Shown: piece after piece, positions 1 to 11,975 of the stretch
Position numbering within the stretch: position 1 is the first letter of the stretch
Layout: each line of letters opens with the position of its first letter
Assembly (NCBI RefSeq): GCF_009914755.1
Contig: NC_060935.1
Length of the DNA: 64,000 nt
DNA from: the human T2T-CHM13v2.0 reference genome, Homo sapiens
Reading direction: 5' to 3' (one strand)
Notes under the pieces: generated by a model
The model's database searches: none
The model's input: only the letters and a program-made list of their open reading frames with translations
What the model was told of the DNA's origin: nothing
Translations under genes and position numbers: made by a program

Positions 1-782
1 GCCATCCTATTGAATCTATCCATCCCATTACTTTCTATTTTCTGGATTCAGATTATAATCAGTATTTTTAATCTCTGCCTAACTGGGCTATTTCCCAGTG
101 ACACATTCTCACAAGATGGAGTGTAATGGGAGCAAGACCAAATTCTTCCTCTCATCTTCTTTAGACCCGCTGGGAGATGAAAGAGAAGATTCCTAGCCAA
201 GATTGAGAATGAGGTGTTAGAATGAATACACAAAGTGGTTGGCAGATGTTGATAACAAAGAAGGGGCATGAGGAAATAAAATGGGCAATCTGTTCTTCAC
301 CTAAGAAACTGGGCTCATCCTCATCTGCTTGGGGGAAAAATTATACTTTGACTAGCAGTTCTTAGAGGTAGAAGAAAACTGTCAGGGACCCAGTTTGTCT
401 TCTGTTGTTTTAATCTATCTGCCAGAAATTAAATCACCATGCTTTCTTTATTATGGCCATCTATGTGTAGTACTGATTCTTGTCAAGAAGGAGAAAGCAT
501 TTAGGGACTAGGGTGCCTAGACAAAAGTAATCCACCAATTCTCTTAAAAAACCATTAAGAGCTACTTGTATTAGCTTAATATTGCTGTGTAACAATTTAC
601 CACAAATTTAGCAGCTTAAAACAACAGCCATTTATCAACACTGCAGTTTTCTAGGTCAGAGTCTGGAAGGCTCAGCTTTTTTCTCTAAGTTTCAAAGGAC
701 CAAAATCAAAATGTCTACAGGGGTGTGTTCCTCTTTGGAGGCTCTGGAGAACAATCTATTTCCAGGATAATTTATATCATTT

Positions 783-1069
783 GGACTGGGCACAGTGGCT
801 CATGCCTGTAATCTCAGCATTTTGATAGGCCAAGGCAAGAGGATTGTTGTTTGATCCTAGGAGTTTGAGACCAGCCTGAGCATATAGTGAGACCTCATCT
901 CTACAAAAAATTTAAAAATTAGCTGGGTGTGGTGCCACATGCATGTTGTCCCAGCTACTTTATTTGGGAGGCTGAGGCAGGAGGATTGCTTGAACCCAGA
1001 AGGCAGAGGTTACAATGAGCCATGATCATGCCACTGCACTCCAATCAGAGCAACAGAGACAGACTCTCA
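783..1069 (+). mobile_element. AluJ-type SINE
   Basis: Dimeric Alu with GGATTGCTTGA and AGCATATAGTGAGACC (J-like); tail replaced by a microsatellite. Confidence 0.9.
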
Positions 1070-1070
1070 A

Positions 1071-1088
1071 TCTCTCTCTCTCTGTCTC

Positions 1089-1134
<46 letters not shown>
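1071..1134. repeat. Compound (CT)n(CA)n(TA)n microsatellite
   Basis: Directly visible. Confidence 0.95.
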
Positions 1135-1135
<1 letters not shown>

Positions 1136-2501
1136 TTGGCATAATTCAGTTCTATGTAGTTGTAGAAACAGGGTGTCTGTTTCCATGCTAGCTGTCATCT
1201 AAGGATCATTGACAGCTTCTAGAAGCTGCCTGCCTTCCTTGATTTTTGCCCTCTTTTACTTCAAAGCCAGCAATGGTGGAACAAGTCCCTCTCATACTTT
1301 GAATCTTTTGCCCTTTTTCCATTTCATCACTCTTTCTCTTCTGCCTCTCTCTTCCACTTTTAAGGGTCTATTTGATTACATCAGGTCCAACTGGATAATG
1401 GTGAATAACCTCTCTATTTTAAGATCAGCCAATTAGCAACCTTAAAGTTCCTGTTGACATGCAGCAGAATATATTCGTAGATGTAACATCAGAGGATAAA
1501 ATATTATGAGGAATTAAAATGCCACCTTCCACACAAATGTTATTATAAATGTATGTATGTATGTATGTATTTTTTAATAATTTCACCTTTTATTATAAAT
1601 TAAAGGGTACATATACAGATTTCTTACATAGGTATATTGTGTAATGCTAAGGTTTGGGGTACAAATGATCCTGTCACGGAGGTAATGAGCACAGTACCCA
1701 ATAGGTGGCTTTTCAGCCCTTGCCCTGCATCATCTCTGCCCTGTCTAGTAGTCTCCAATGTCTGTTGTTCCCATGTTTATGTCTATGTGTATTCAATATT
1801 TAACTCTCACTTAAACTGAGTACATGCGGTGTTTGATTTTCTGTTCTTGCATTAGTTGACTTAGGATAATGGTCTCCAGCTCCATCCATGTTGCTGAAAA
1901 GCACTTCATTTGTTTTTATGGTTGCATAGTATTCCATGGTATATGTACCATATTTCCTTTATCCAGTCCACTGTTGAGGGGCACCTAGATCGATTCCATG
2001 TCTTTGCTATTGTGAATAGCACTGCAATGAACATACAAGTACATGTGTCTTTTTGATAGAATGAATTATTTTCCTCTGCGTATATACCTAGTAGTGGAAT
2101 TGCTAGGTTGAATGGTAGTTCTGAGTTCTTTGAGAAATCTCAAAACTGCTTTCTACAATGTCTTAACTAGTTTGCATTCCCAGCAACAGTGTATAAACAT
2201 TCCTGATTATTTCCTTCTTGCATTGCTATAAATAAATACCTGAGGCTGGGTAATTTATAAAGAAAAGATGTTTAATTGGCTCATGATTCTGCAGGATTTA
2301 CAAAATGCATGGTTTTGGCTTGGCTTCTGGTAAAGCCTCAGGCAGCATTCAGTTATGGCAGAAGGCAAAGGGATAACAGGCACATCACACGGTGAAAGCA
2401 GAAGCAAACAGGAGAGTGGGTGGTGTGGGGGCTGCTGCTAACACCTTTAAACAATCAGATCTTGCAAGAACTCACTATCATGAAGATAGCGCCAAACCAT
2501 G

Positions 2502-2864
2502 TGATATAGTTTGGCTGTGTCCCCACCCAAATCTCATTTTGAATTGTAGCTCCCATAATTCCGTGTCATGGGAGGGATCTGGTGGGCGGCAATTGAATCA
2601 TGGGGGCAGGTCTTTCCCATGCTGTTCTCGTGATAGTGAATAAGTCTCATGAGATCTGATGGTTTTATAAAGGGGAGTTCCCCTGCACATGCTCTCTCTT
2701 GCCTGTCACCAGGCAAGACGTGACTTTGCTCCTCCTTTGCCTTCTGCCATGATTGTGAGGCCTCCCTAGCCATTTGGAACTGTGAGTCAATTAAGCCTCT
2801 TTTCTTTAAAAATTACCCAATCTTGGGTTTGTCTTTATTAGCAGTATGAGAACAGACTAATCTA
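2502..2864 (+). mobile_element. THE1 (B/C-like) solo LTR inserted in the MST LTR
   Basis: TGATATAGTTTGGCTGTGTCCCCACCC...GACTAATCTA with exact 5-bp TSD CCATG (2497-2501 / 2865-2869). Confidence 0.92.
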
Positions 2865-3072
2865 CCATGAGAGATCTGCCCCCACGACACAAACATCTCC
2901 CACAAGGCCTCACCTCCTGCACTGGGGATTACAATTAAACATGAGATTTGAACAGGGACAAATATCCAAACTGTATCATTCTGCCCCTGGCCCCTCCGAA
3001 ATCTCATGTTCTCCTCACATTGCAAAATACAATCATGCCTTCCCAACAGTCTCCCAAAGTCTTAACTCTTTC

Positions 3073-3224
3073 TAGCATTGGGAGATATACCTAAGGCTAG
3101 ATGACGAGTTAGTGGGTGCAGCGCACCAGCATGGCACATGTATACATATGTAACTAACCTGCACAATGTGCACATGTACCCTAAAACTTAAAGTATAATA
3201 AAAAAAAAAAAAAAAAAAAAAAAA
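3073..3224 (+). mobile_element. Young 5'-truncated L1 3' end (L1PA2-type) with pure poly(A)
   Basis: TAGCATTGGGAGATATACC...GATGACGAGTTAGTGGGTGCAGCGCACC...CTTAAAGTATAATA(n); carries GAG and A at the two diagnostic positions, so not L1HS-Ta. Confidence 0.93.
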
Positions 3225-6163
3225 GTCCAAGGTCACATCTGAGACAAGGCAAGTCTCTTCCACCTACAAGCCTGTAAAATTAAAAGCAAGTTATTTACCT
3301 CCAAAATATAATGTTGGTGTCTGCATTGGGCAAACACACCCATTCTGAAAAAACAAATGGTCAAAAGAAAGGGGCTACAGGTCCCATGCAATTTCAAAAC
3401 CCAGCAGAGTAGTCCTTAAATCTTAAAACTCCAAAACAATCTCCTTTGACTCTATTTTCCATATCCAGGGCACACTGGTGCAAGAGGTGGCCTCCCAAGG
3501 CCTTGGGCAGCTCCACTCTTGTGGCTTTGTAGGTTTCAGTCCCAGTGGCTGCTCTCACAGGTTGTTGAGTGTCTGTGGCTTTTCCAGGCACAGGCTGCAA
3601 GCTGCCAGTGAATCTACCATTCTTCCATCTGTAGGACAGTGGTCCCCTTCTCATAGCTCCATTAGGCAGTTCTCCACTGGGCACTCTGTATGGGGCCTCC
3701 AACCCCACATTTCCTCTCTGCTCTGCCCTAGTAGAGGTTTTCTGTGAGGGCTTATTCCTGCAGCAGATTTTTGCATGGAAACCCAGGCTTTCTCATACAT
3801 CCTCTGAAATCTAGGCAGAGGCTGCCAAGCTTCATTCAGTCTTGCATTTTGTGTGCCTGCAGGCCTCACACCATGTGGAAGCCACCAAGACTTATGGCTT
3901 GCATCATCCAAAGTGGCAGCTCAAGTTGCATCTGGGCCCCTTTGAGCCCCAGATGAAGCTGTAGTGGTCTGAATTCAGGAAGCAGTTTCTCAAGGCTGTG
4001 CAGGGCAGTGGGGCCCTGGGCTAGGCCCATGAAACCATTCTTCCTTCCTAGGCCTCCAGGCCCATAATGGGAAGGGCTACCATGAATGTCTCTGAAATGC
4101 CTTCAAGGCCTCAATGCTTCACAACCTGCGAATTTCTGCTGCTAAAAAAACTTTTACTTTCTCTGCCACAGAACCAGTCTGCAAATTTTCCAAACTATTA
4201 TGCTGTGCATGCTGTATAAATATAAATTCAAACTTTAAATCATTTCTCTGCTCCCATATCTGAGCTTAGGTTGTTAGAAGTAGCCAATTCAATGCATTGC
4301 TGATTAGAAATTTATTCTGTCAGACAGTCTAAACCATCACTTTGAAGTTCAAACATCCACACATCCCCAGGGTATGGCCAGAATGCAGCCAAGCTGTTTA
4401 CTAAGGCTTGACACTCATGACTTTTGCTCCAGTTCACAGTAAGTTCTTCATTTGCATCTGAGACCTTGGCAGTCTGGACTTTGCTGTCCATATCACTATG
4501 AGAATTTTGATCACAACCAATTAACCAGTTCCTAAGAAATTCCAAACTTTCCTCTATTTTTCTGTCTTCTGAGCCCTCCAAACTCTTGCAACCTCTACCT
4601 GGTACTCAGTTCCAAAGCCACTTCCACATTTTCAGGTATCTTTACAATGCCCCACTCCTCAGTACCAATTTTCTATATCAAATTCTTCTTGCATTGCTAT
4701 AAAGAAATACTAGGGGCTGGGTAAATATAAAGAAAAGGGGTATAATTAGCTCCTGGTTCTGCAGGATTTATAGGAAGCATGGTGCTGGCATCTGCCAGGC
4801 ATCTGGTGAAGCCTCAGTCAACTTTCAGTCATAGTAGAAGGCATGGGGGAACAGGCATGACACATGGCAAAAGCAAGAGCAAATGAGAGGGTGGGGAGGA
4901 GAAGCCACATACTTTTAAATGGCCAGATCTCCTGAGAACTCACTATTGAGAAGACAGCACAAAGTCATGAGGGATCTGCCCCCACAATTCAAACACGTCA
5001 CACCAGGCCCCACCTCCAGCATTGGGGATTACTATTCAACATGAGATTTGGGCAGGGACAAATATCCAAACTAAATCAGCTTTTTTTTTTTTCCAACCTT
5101 GCCAGCACCTACTATATTTTGACATTTTGATAATAACCATTCTGATGGGTATAAGCTAGTATCTCATTGTGGTTTTGATTTGAATTTGATTAATATTGGT
5201 GTTGAGCATTTTTTTCATACGCTTATTTTCTCCTTGCATGTCCTTCTTTGAGAAATGCCTGCTCATGTCCTTTGCCTATTTTTTAATTGGATTATTTGTT
5301 TTTTGCTTGTTTCTTTAAGATTCTGGGTAGTAGGCCTTTGCCAGAGGCAGCATTTGTGAATCTTTTCTCCCATTCAGTAGATTGCCAGTTTCCTCTGTTG
5401 GTAATTTCTTTTGCCATGTAGAAGCTCTTTAGTTTTAGTCCCACTTGTCAGTTTTTGCTTTTGTTGCAATTTGCTTTTGGGGACTTAGCTATAAATTATT
5501 TGCCAGAGTTAACGTCAAGAAGGGTATTTCCTAGATTTTATTCTAGGACTATTTTATAGTTTGAAGTCCTGCATTTAAATCTTTAAGCCATCTTAAGATA
5601 ATGTTTGCATATGGTGAGAGGTAGGAGTTCAGGTTCATTCTTCTGCATATGGCTAGCCAGTTATCCTAGCACCATTTATTGAATAGGGAGTTCTTTCCCC
5701 ATTGCTTATTTTTGTTGATTTTGTCAAAGATCTGATGATCGTAGGTAGGCAGGTTTATTTCTGGGTTCTCTATTCTGTTCCGTTGGTCTATGTGAGTGTT
5801 TTTGTATTTAAAACAGAATTGGAATTTAACTACAACCTGCTTATACTCTAAGGAATTTACACTGGCCTTTTCACTGAATATGCATATCACTGTTGGAGAC
5901 AATCTGTGAACTTAAGAAAGTAAGATTTGTTACAATGTGGTATTTGCTTAAGGGGCCTCCTGTTGCACAAAATAAATCAAAGAAAATATTCTCATTACAA
6001 AATAGCAGTTGCTGAGGGGAGACTCAGGTCCCATGAAAGGGATTGTGTTGGGTATTCCTGCTCAAGTGGATCCTCCTCCCCGAACACACACCTATTTTCT
6101 TAGAGTTTTAAAATCTACTGGGTTCCTGCTATAGGAAGTTAATTTTTCAGTTGTGATACTAGT

Positions 6164-8422
6164 TGATATGGTTCAGCTATGTGTCACCACCCAATTCTCA
6201 TCTTGAATTGTACTCCCATAATTCCCACATGTTGTGGGAGGGACCTGGTGGGAGATAATTGAATCCTGGGGGCGGTTTCCACCAAACTGTTCTCGTGGTA
6301 GTGAATAAGTCTCATGAGAGCTGATGGTTTTATCAGGGGTTTCCACTTTTGTGTCTTCCTTATTCTCTCTTTGCCTGCTGCCATCCATGTAAGATGGGGC
6401 TTGCTCTCCACCATGATTTTTAGGCTTCCCCAGCCAACTGAAACTGTAAGTCCAATTAAACCTCTTTATTTTGTAAATTGTCTAGTCTTGGGTATGTCTT
6501 TATCAGCAGCGTGAAAATGGACTAATATAGTAAATTGGTACCAGTAGAGTGGGGCGTTGGTGAAAAGACACCTGAAAATGTGAAGGTGACTTTGGAACTG
6601 AATAACAGTCAGAGGGTGGAGCAGTTTGGAGGGCTCAGAAGAAGACAGGGAGATGTGGGAAAGTTTGGAACTTCCTAGAGACTTGTTGAATGGGTTTGCC
6701 CAAAATGCTGATAGCGACACAGACAATAATGTCCAGGTCTTAGGTGGAGAAGAGGAACTTGTTGGGAACTGGAGCAAAGGTGACCCTTGTTATGTTTTAG
6801 CAAAGAGACTGGCAGCATTTTGCTCCTGCCCTAAAGACTTGTGGAACTTTGAACTTGAGAGGAATGATTTAGGGTATCTGACAGAAGAAATTTCTAAGCA
6901 GCAAAGCATTCCAGGGGTGACTCAGGTGCTGTTGAAAGCATTCAGTTTTAAAGAGGAAACAGAGCATAAAAGTTTGAAAAATTTGCAGCCTGACAACGTG
7001 ATAAAAAAGAAAATCCCATTTTCTGAGGAGAAATTCAAGTGGGCTTCAGAAATTTGCATAGGTAATGAGGAGACAAATGTTAATCCCCAAGACAATGGGG
7101 AAGACTTCTCCGGGGCATGTCAGAGGCCTTCACGGCAGCCCCTACCATCACAAGCCTAGGAGGAAAAAGTGATTTTGCGGGGCCAGGCCCAGGTTCCCTG
7201 AGCTGTGTGCAGCATAGGCACTTGGTCCGCTGCGTCCCAGTCACTCCAGCCATGGCTGAAAGGGGCCAGTGTAAAGCTTGGGCCATGGCTTCAGATGGTG
7301 CAAGCCCCAAGCCTTGGCAGCCTCCACATGGTATTGAGCCGGTGGGTGCACAGACCCATAGTCGAGAATTGAGATTTAGGAACATCCACCTAGATTTCAG
7401 AAGTTTGCTGCAGGGGTGGGGTTCTCATGGAGAACCTCTGTTAGGGCAGAGCAGAAGGGAAATGTGGAGTTGGAGCTTGCATACAGAGTCCCTACTGAGG
7501 CACTGACCAGCGGAGCTATGAGAAGAGGGCCACTGTCCTCCAGACCCCAGAATGGTAGATCTACTGACAGCCTGCACTCTATGCCTGGAAAAGCTGCAGA
7601 CACTGAACACCAGCCCATGAAAGCAGACAGGAGGGAGGCTTACCCTGCAAAGCCACAAAGGCGGAGCTGCCCAAGACCATGGGAACCCAACACTTGCTTC
7701 AGTGTGACCTGAATATGAGACAATGTCAAAAGAGATCGTTTTGGAGCTTTAAGATTTGACTTCCCTGTTGGATTTTGGACTTGCATGGGCCCTGTAGCCC
7801 CTTTGTTTTGGCCAATTTCTTCAATTTGGAATGGTTGTATTTGCCCAATGTCTGTTCCCCCATTGTATCTAGGAAATACCTACTTTGCTTTTGATTTTAC
7901 AGGCCCATAGGCAGAAGGAACTTGCCTTGTCTCAAATGAGACTTTGGACTGTGGACTTTTGAGTTAATGTTGAAATTAGTGTAGACTTTGGGGGACTGTT
8001 GGGAAGACATAATTGGTTTTGAAATGTGAGGACATGAGATTTGGCAGGGGCCAGGGGTGGAATGATATGGTTCGGCTATGTGTCACCACCCAATTCTCAT
8101 CTTGAATTGTACTCCCATAATTCCCACGTGTTGTGGGAGGGACCCAGTGGGAGATAATTGAATCATGGGGGTGGTTTCCACCATATTGTTCTCGTGGTAG
8201 TGAATAATGTGATCTGATGGTTTTATCAGGGGTTTCCACTTTTGTGTCTTCCTCATTCTCTCTTTGCCTGCTGCCATCCATGTAAGATGGGGCTTGCTCT
8301 CTACCATGATTGTGAGGCTTCCCCAGCCAAGTGGAACTGTAAGTCCAATTCAGCCTCTTTCTTTTATAAATTGTCTAGTCTTGGGTATGTCTTTATCAGC
8401 AGCGTGAAAATGGACTAATACA
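6164..8422 (+). mobile_element. Full-length THE1 (THE1A-like) provirus: 5' LTR 6164-6529, internal 6530-8062, 3' LTR 8063-8422
   Basis: Two highly similar LTRs, purine-rich tract before the 3' LTR, exact TSD CTAGT (6159-6163 / 8423-8427). Confidence 0.95.
6626..7159 (+). pseudogene. Remnant of the MaLR (THE1-int) internal ORF, 177 open codons
   Basis: ORF track peptide EGSEEDREMWESLELPRDLLNGF... lies in THE1-int; starts at TTG, not ATG. Confidence 0.6.
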
Positions 8423-8599
8423 CTAGTTATCAAACTAGTTCATAAGCAAGCTGGCATTATCTGCCTTGAATTTTTTTTTTAATTCTCTGGAGCAAATGCT
8501 CCAATATATGAACAGGACCATACAATGAATGGGAACCTGTAAAGATACAGCCCCAGAGTATAAACTTTGTTTGTGAAGTACTCACAAACAAAGCAAATG

Positions 8600-8631
8600 A
8601 AAAAATAAAAATAAAATAAAATAAAATAAAA
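8600..8631. repeat. (AAAAT)n simple repeat
   Basis: Directly visible. Confidence 0.85.
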
Positions 8632-9895
8632 CTGTTCACTATAATCCAGGGAAATTAGTTAATAGGGAGAAATATCCTGGATGCTATGTGATCTGAGGCA
8701 TAGCATCCTAATTTTTGATACTTGGTTTTCTTATTTCTGATAAGAAGTTAAGACTCTAACTTTCTCTCCTTACTTTATCATTCTGTAATTATAGAAGAAT
8801 CCACAACAAACCCTTTTTTTATTTTTTTCCCTTTTAAAGCATCACATTAACAGTTTTAAGAAATATTAACCAGGTACTTCCTCATAGACTGATTGTCCTG
8901 GAGCTATGAGGGAAATGTAGTTGTTGAGCCAGGCCTAAGGAATTTCAATTTGAAAATGAGAAAACGGGCAATGAAACATACACAAATGACAACAATACAG
9001 ATAAATATATTGAGTAGAACTGTCATGAAGGTGGTGACACTGAAAAAGTTATGGAAACAGCTGTCCAAATCTACCTAATTCCAACAAAATCATTGAGAAA
9101 ATATCACTTCAGGAACAGTTGTAAATGGAAACAGTGAGAACTTATTTCATCACAGGAAGTTTCTGAAAGTCTCAAAAAAGTATTTAACTTTCTGTAACCT
9201 TTTTGGAGACTCATGACACTCTGGTAGACTGATGGTCCCACTATTTTGATGGACTCATTTTAGTCTGGTTTGCTTACACAACCTATGTGCCTTAAAATAG
9301 GCCCCATAGCAGCAGCTGCAAATCAGACCTGTAATTAAGGGGCCTGTGGCTGAAGGACATTCAAGACAATAACATGTGCGTAATGAATATCCTCTTGCTA
9401 CTTACTTGAAAACATTAACTAAAATGCATGTGGCAATTAATGCTGAAAATTTTGAACTGAATACTCAAAAATTAAGATCAACAAAGAGTCTGTGATATCC
9501 ATACAGAAAAATGGCCTGTTTTTAGTTTTCTCCCTTGTTAAAGAAAATAATTCGCCTGCCATGCTCCAAAGGACCAGAAGACGGCAGAAGATGCACATGG
9601 TTGAGAGAACCCAAACAGCTCTAGATTCTGTTATATAAAGTAGCCTTTCAGACAATATCTTACTTATGCTTTGCTGAAGCTTAATTGTTTTAGTCTTCAT
9701 TCAAACTTTTTCCTTAGAAAATTAAAATATGTGTGCAGGTTTTAATTTTACCATATACTATCAATTCTAAATATTAATGATTCTACTTTTTGAAGAATGC
9801 TATATATTAGTTCCTAAGGTATAAAATAACAATATCCAACAGCCATTAAGTACTTAAGTGAGTGGTAAATTTTCTAAGTGCTTCACAAACACAAT

Positions 9896-10529
9896 ACAGT
9901 AGGCAGAATTCTAATATATTCTCCAAGATTTTGCACCTGCTAGCATACATATCCTGCATAAGGGCATGAATTGTGAAATGAATTTGATGGATTTTATACT
10001 TGTGAGTAGGTTATATTTTACAGTATGGCACTGAGTGTATGGTAAGGAGATTTTCTGGGTGGACCTGATGAAATCACCTGAACCCTTTAAAAGAGGAATT
10101 TTTTATCTGGCCAGTAACTGAAGGAAGTCAAAGATTTGAGGCATACAAATTACTTGACATATCATCATTGGTTTAAAGATGGAGCAGGCAGTGCATCAAG
10201 GAATATAGGTGGCCTCTAGGAGGTGAGAGTGACCCCCAGCAGCAAGCCAAAAAGGAAACAGGAATCTCAGTATTATAACCACAAGAAGCTGAATTCTGCT
10301 AGCAAGAATGAACTCGGAAGCAGATTTTTCCCTGGAGCCTCTAGCAAAGCGCTCAGCCTGGAATGTGGTTTGATCTCAGCCTTGGGATAATACCCAAATG
10401 ATAGAACTGAATTATGCCATGCCATGCCTCTGACCCACAGAAATGTTGAGAAAATAACTGGGTGTGGTTTGAAGATTCTAAATTTTTTAAATATTTGGTA
10501 ATTTGTTACACAGTAATAGAAAAATAATA
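9896..10529 (+). mobile_element. MLT1 (E/F-like) solo LTR, inserted into a MIR
   Basis: GTAGGCAGAATTCTAA...TTTGGTAATTTGTTACACAGTAATAGAAAAATAATATA termini. Confidence 0.8.
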
Positions 10530-10539
10530 TAAATAAATT

Positions 10540-10700
10540 CATTTGATTCTCATAACAGCCATATGAATTAGGAACTATTGTTCTTATTTTAAATCTGAGG
10601 AATTGGAGATATAGAAAAGTATAATAACTTGTCCAAGATGGCACAAGTAGTAAGTGGAAAAGCCAAGATTCAAAATAAGGCAAATGAATCCTGTATTCTC
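10540..10700 (-). mobile_element. MIR SINE (other part ~9826-9892)
   Basis: ATTTTAAATCTGAGGAATTGGAG...AATAACTTGTCCAAGATGGCACA core. Confidence 0.7.
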
Positions 10701-11024
10701 ATACCCCAAGCTTGCTTGCTTTCAAAGGGAAATGCCAGCAAATTCCAAGCAAAATACTTGAAATATTTAAATATTTCAAAATATTGAAAGTCAGGCAGCA
10801 GGGCAAAATTCATCATAGGTTGACAGAAAGACTTCCAGCACACTTTTGAAACTTATTTTCAAAATAAAGACTTAAAAGATGTAGTGGAAAGTAACTGGCA
10901 TGTCCTTTGGGACACACAGACACATATGTCCTTAAGGACAAAGGCATCAGGCAATCCTGCCTTCATCATTTGCTGCATCAGCTTGGGGAAGTCACTTCAC
11001 CTCTCTAGATGGGAATATGGTAGC

Positions 11025-11352
11025 TGATACGTTTTCCTCTATGTCCCCACCCAAATTTTATGTTCAATTGTAATCCCCAAAGTTGGGGGAAGGACCTGGT
11101 GGGAGGTGATTTGATCATGGTGGCGGATATCCCCCTTGCTTTTCTTGTGATAGCGAGTGAGCTCTCATGAAATTCAGTTGATTGAAAGTGTGTAGCACTT
11201 TCTCCTTCACTCTCTCTTCCTCTTGCTGGCTATGTGAAGAAGCAGAAGCCTGTAGGGCCAGCAGTAGAACCATGAGCCAAGTAAACCTCTTTTCTTTATT
11301 AATTACCCAGTCTCAGGTATATCTTTATAATAGTGTGAGAATAGGCAATACA
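11025..11352 (+). mobile_element. MST solo LTR with internal deletion, adjacent to a MIR fragment
   Basis: TGATAC..TGTCCCCACCCAAAT...AATTACCCAGTCTCAGGTAT...AATACA. Confidence 0.85.
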
Positions 11353-11864
11353 CCACCCATAAATAATACCATGAAATCACTGTTGTGTTATTCAGAAACT
11401 ATTGGATATAATGGTACATTTAACAAATATCAAGAATGTTTTTGAAGATTACTTAATGAAACAGTAAAAAGCTCTGACAAAATGTTCAATAAAATCAGTA
11501 TTTACAAATATATTACATATATATATATGTAATGGGCTCACTTACATAATTTTAAAAAGTATATAAACATACCCACTGAGTTATTTGGGAAAAAATTAAG
11601 GAATACACTAAAACATTAAACTTTTAGTGTTTTAGCACTACATACGATTTTTAAAATCTTTTATTCTACTGAAATATCTGAACCTACTATAATTAATCAA
11701 ACAAATATTTATTGAATGTATGCTGTATTCTTTGCTTACATGAGTATTTTTAGAAAAAGGTATTGTATCTTTCTGAAAGTTTCCTTCTATCCCTTCAATA
11801 TCTATACTCAGATCTCCGATACTCCTACCATGATTTTACCCCATCTAATACCTGACAGCCAATA

Positions 11865-11975
11865 CCTTTATGCTCATCTCCCCCAGTAGATTGTGATAAT
11901 CCTTTTTTGCGAGGGACGATGTCTTGTCCTATTGTATTTTTAGCACCTGGCACATAGTAGGATCTCAAAACGTCT
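11865..11975 (+). mobile_element. L2 3' end
   Basis: TAGCACCTGGCACATAGTAGGATCTCAA. Confidence 0.65.

Larger units (their letters stand above)
567..1533 (-). mobile_element. MLT1-family MaLR solo LTR, interrupted by an Alu and a microsatellite
   Basis: Starts TGTATTAGC..ATTGCTGTGTAACAATTTACCACAAATTTAGCAGCTTAAAACAAC (antisense MLT1 end); resumes after ~1135. Confidence 0.8.
2204..5078 (-). mobile_element. Full-length MST (ERVL-MaLR) provirus: LTR 2204-2978, internal 2979-4673, LTR 4674-5078
   Basis: Two similar LTRs (TTCTTGCATTGCTATAAA...ACAAATATCCAAAC..ATCA) flank an internal region whose ORF remnant (MEGSEDRKIEESLE) is homologous to the THE1-int ORF. Confidence 0.9.
1571..5805 (-). mobile_element. 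Older primate L1 (L1PB-like) 3' portion, in two pieces (1571-2203 and 5079-5805) split by an MST provirus
   Basis: T-rich tail then antisense L1 3'UTR; ...GTATAAACATTCC resumes as ...CCAACCTTGCCAGCAC after the provirus. Confidence 0.85.

Noticed and set aside
3073-3224. Possible active L1HS-Ta insertion
   Set aside because: Has GAG rather than ACA and CTTAAAG rather than CTTAGAG at the Ta-diagnostic positions.
2392-8307. Dense ORF cluster resembling an operon or gene cluster
   Set aside because: All fall in MST/THE1 LTR or internal sequence; duplicated peptides reflect the paired LTRs.
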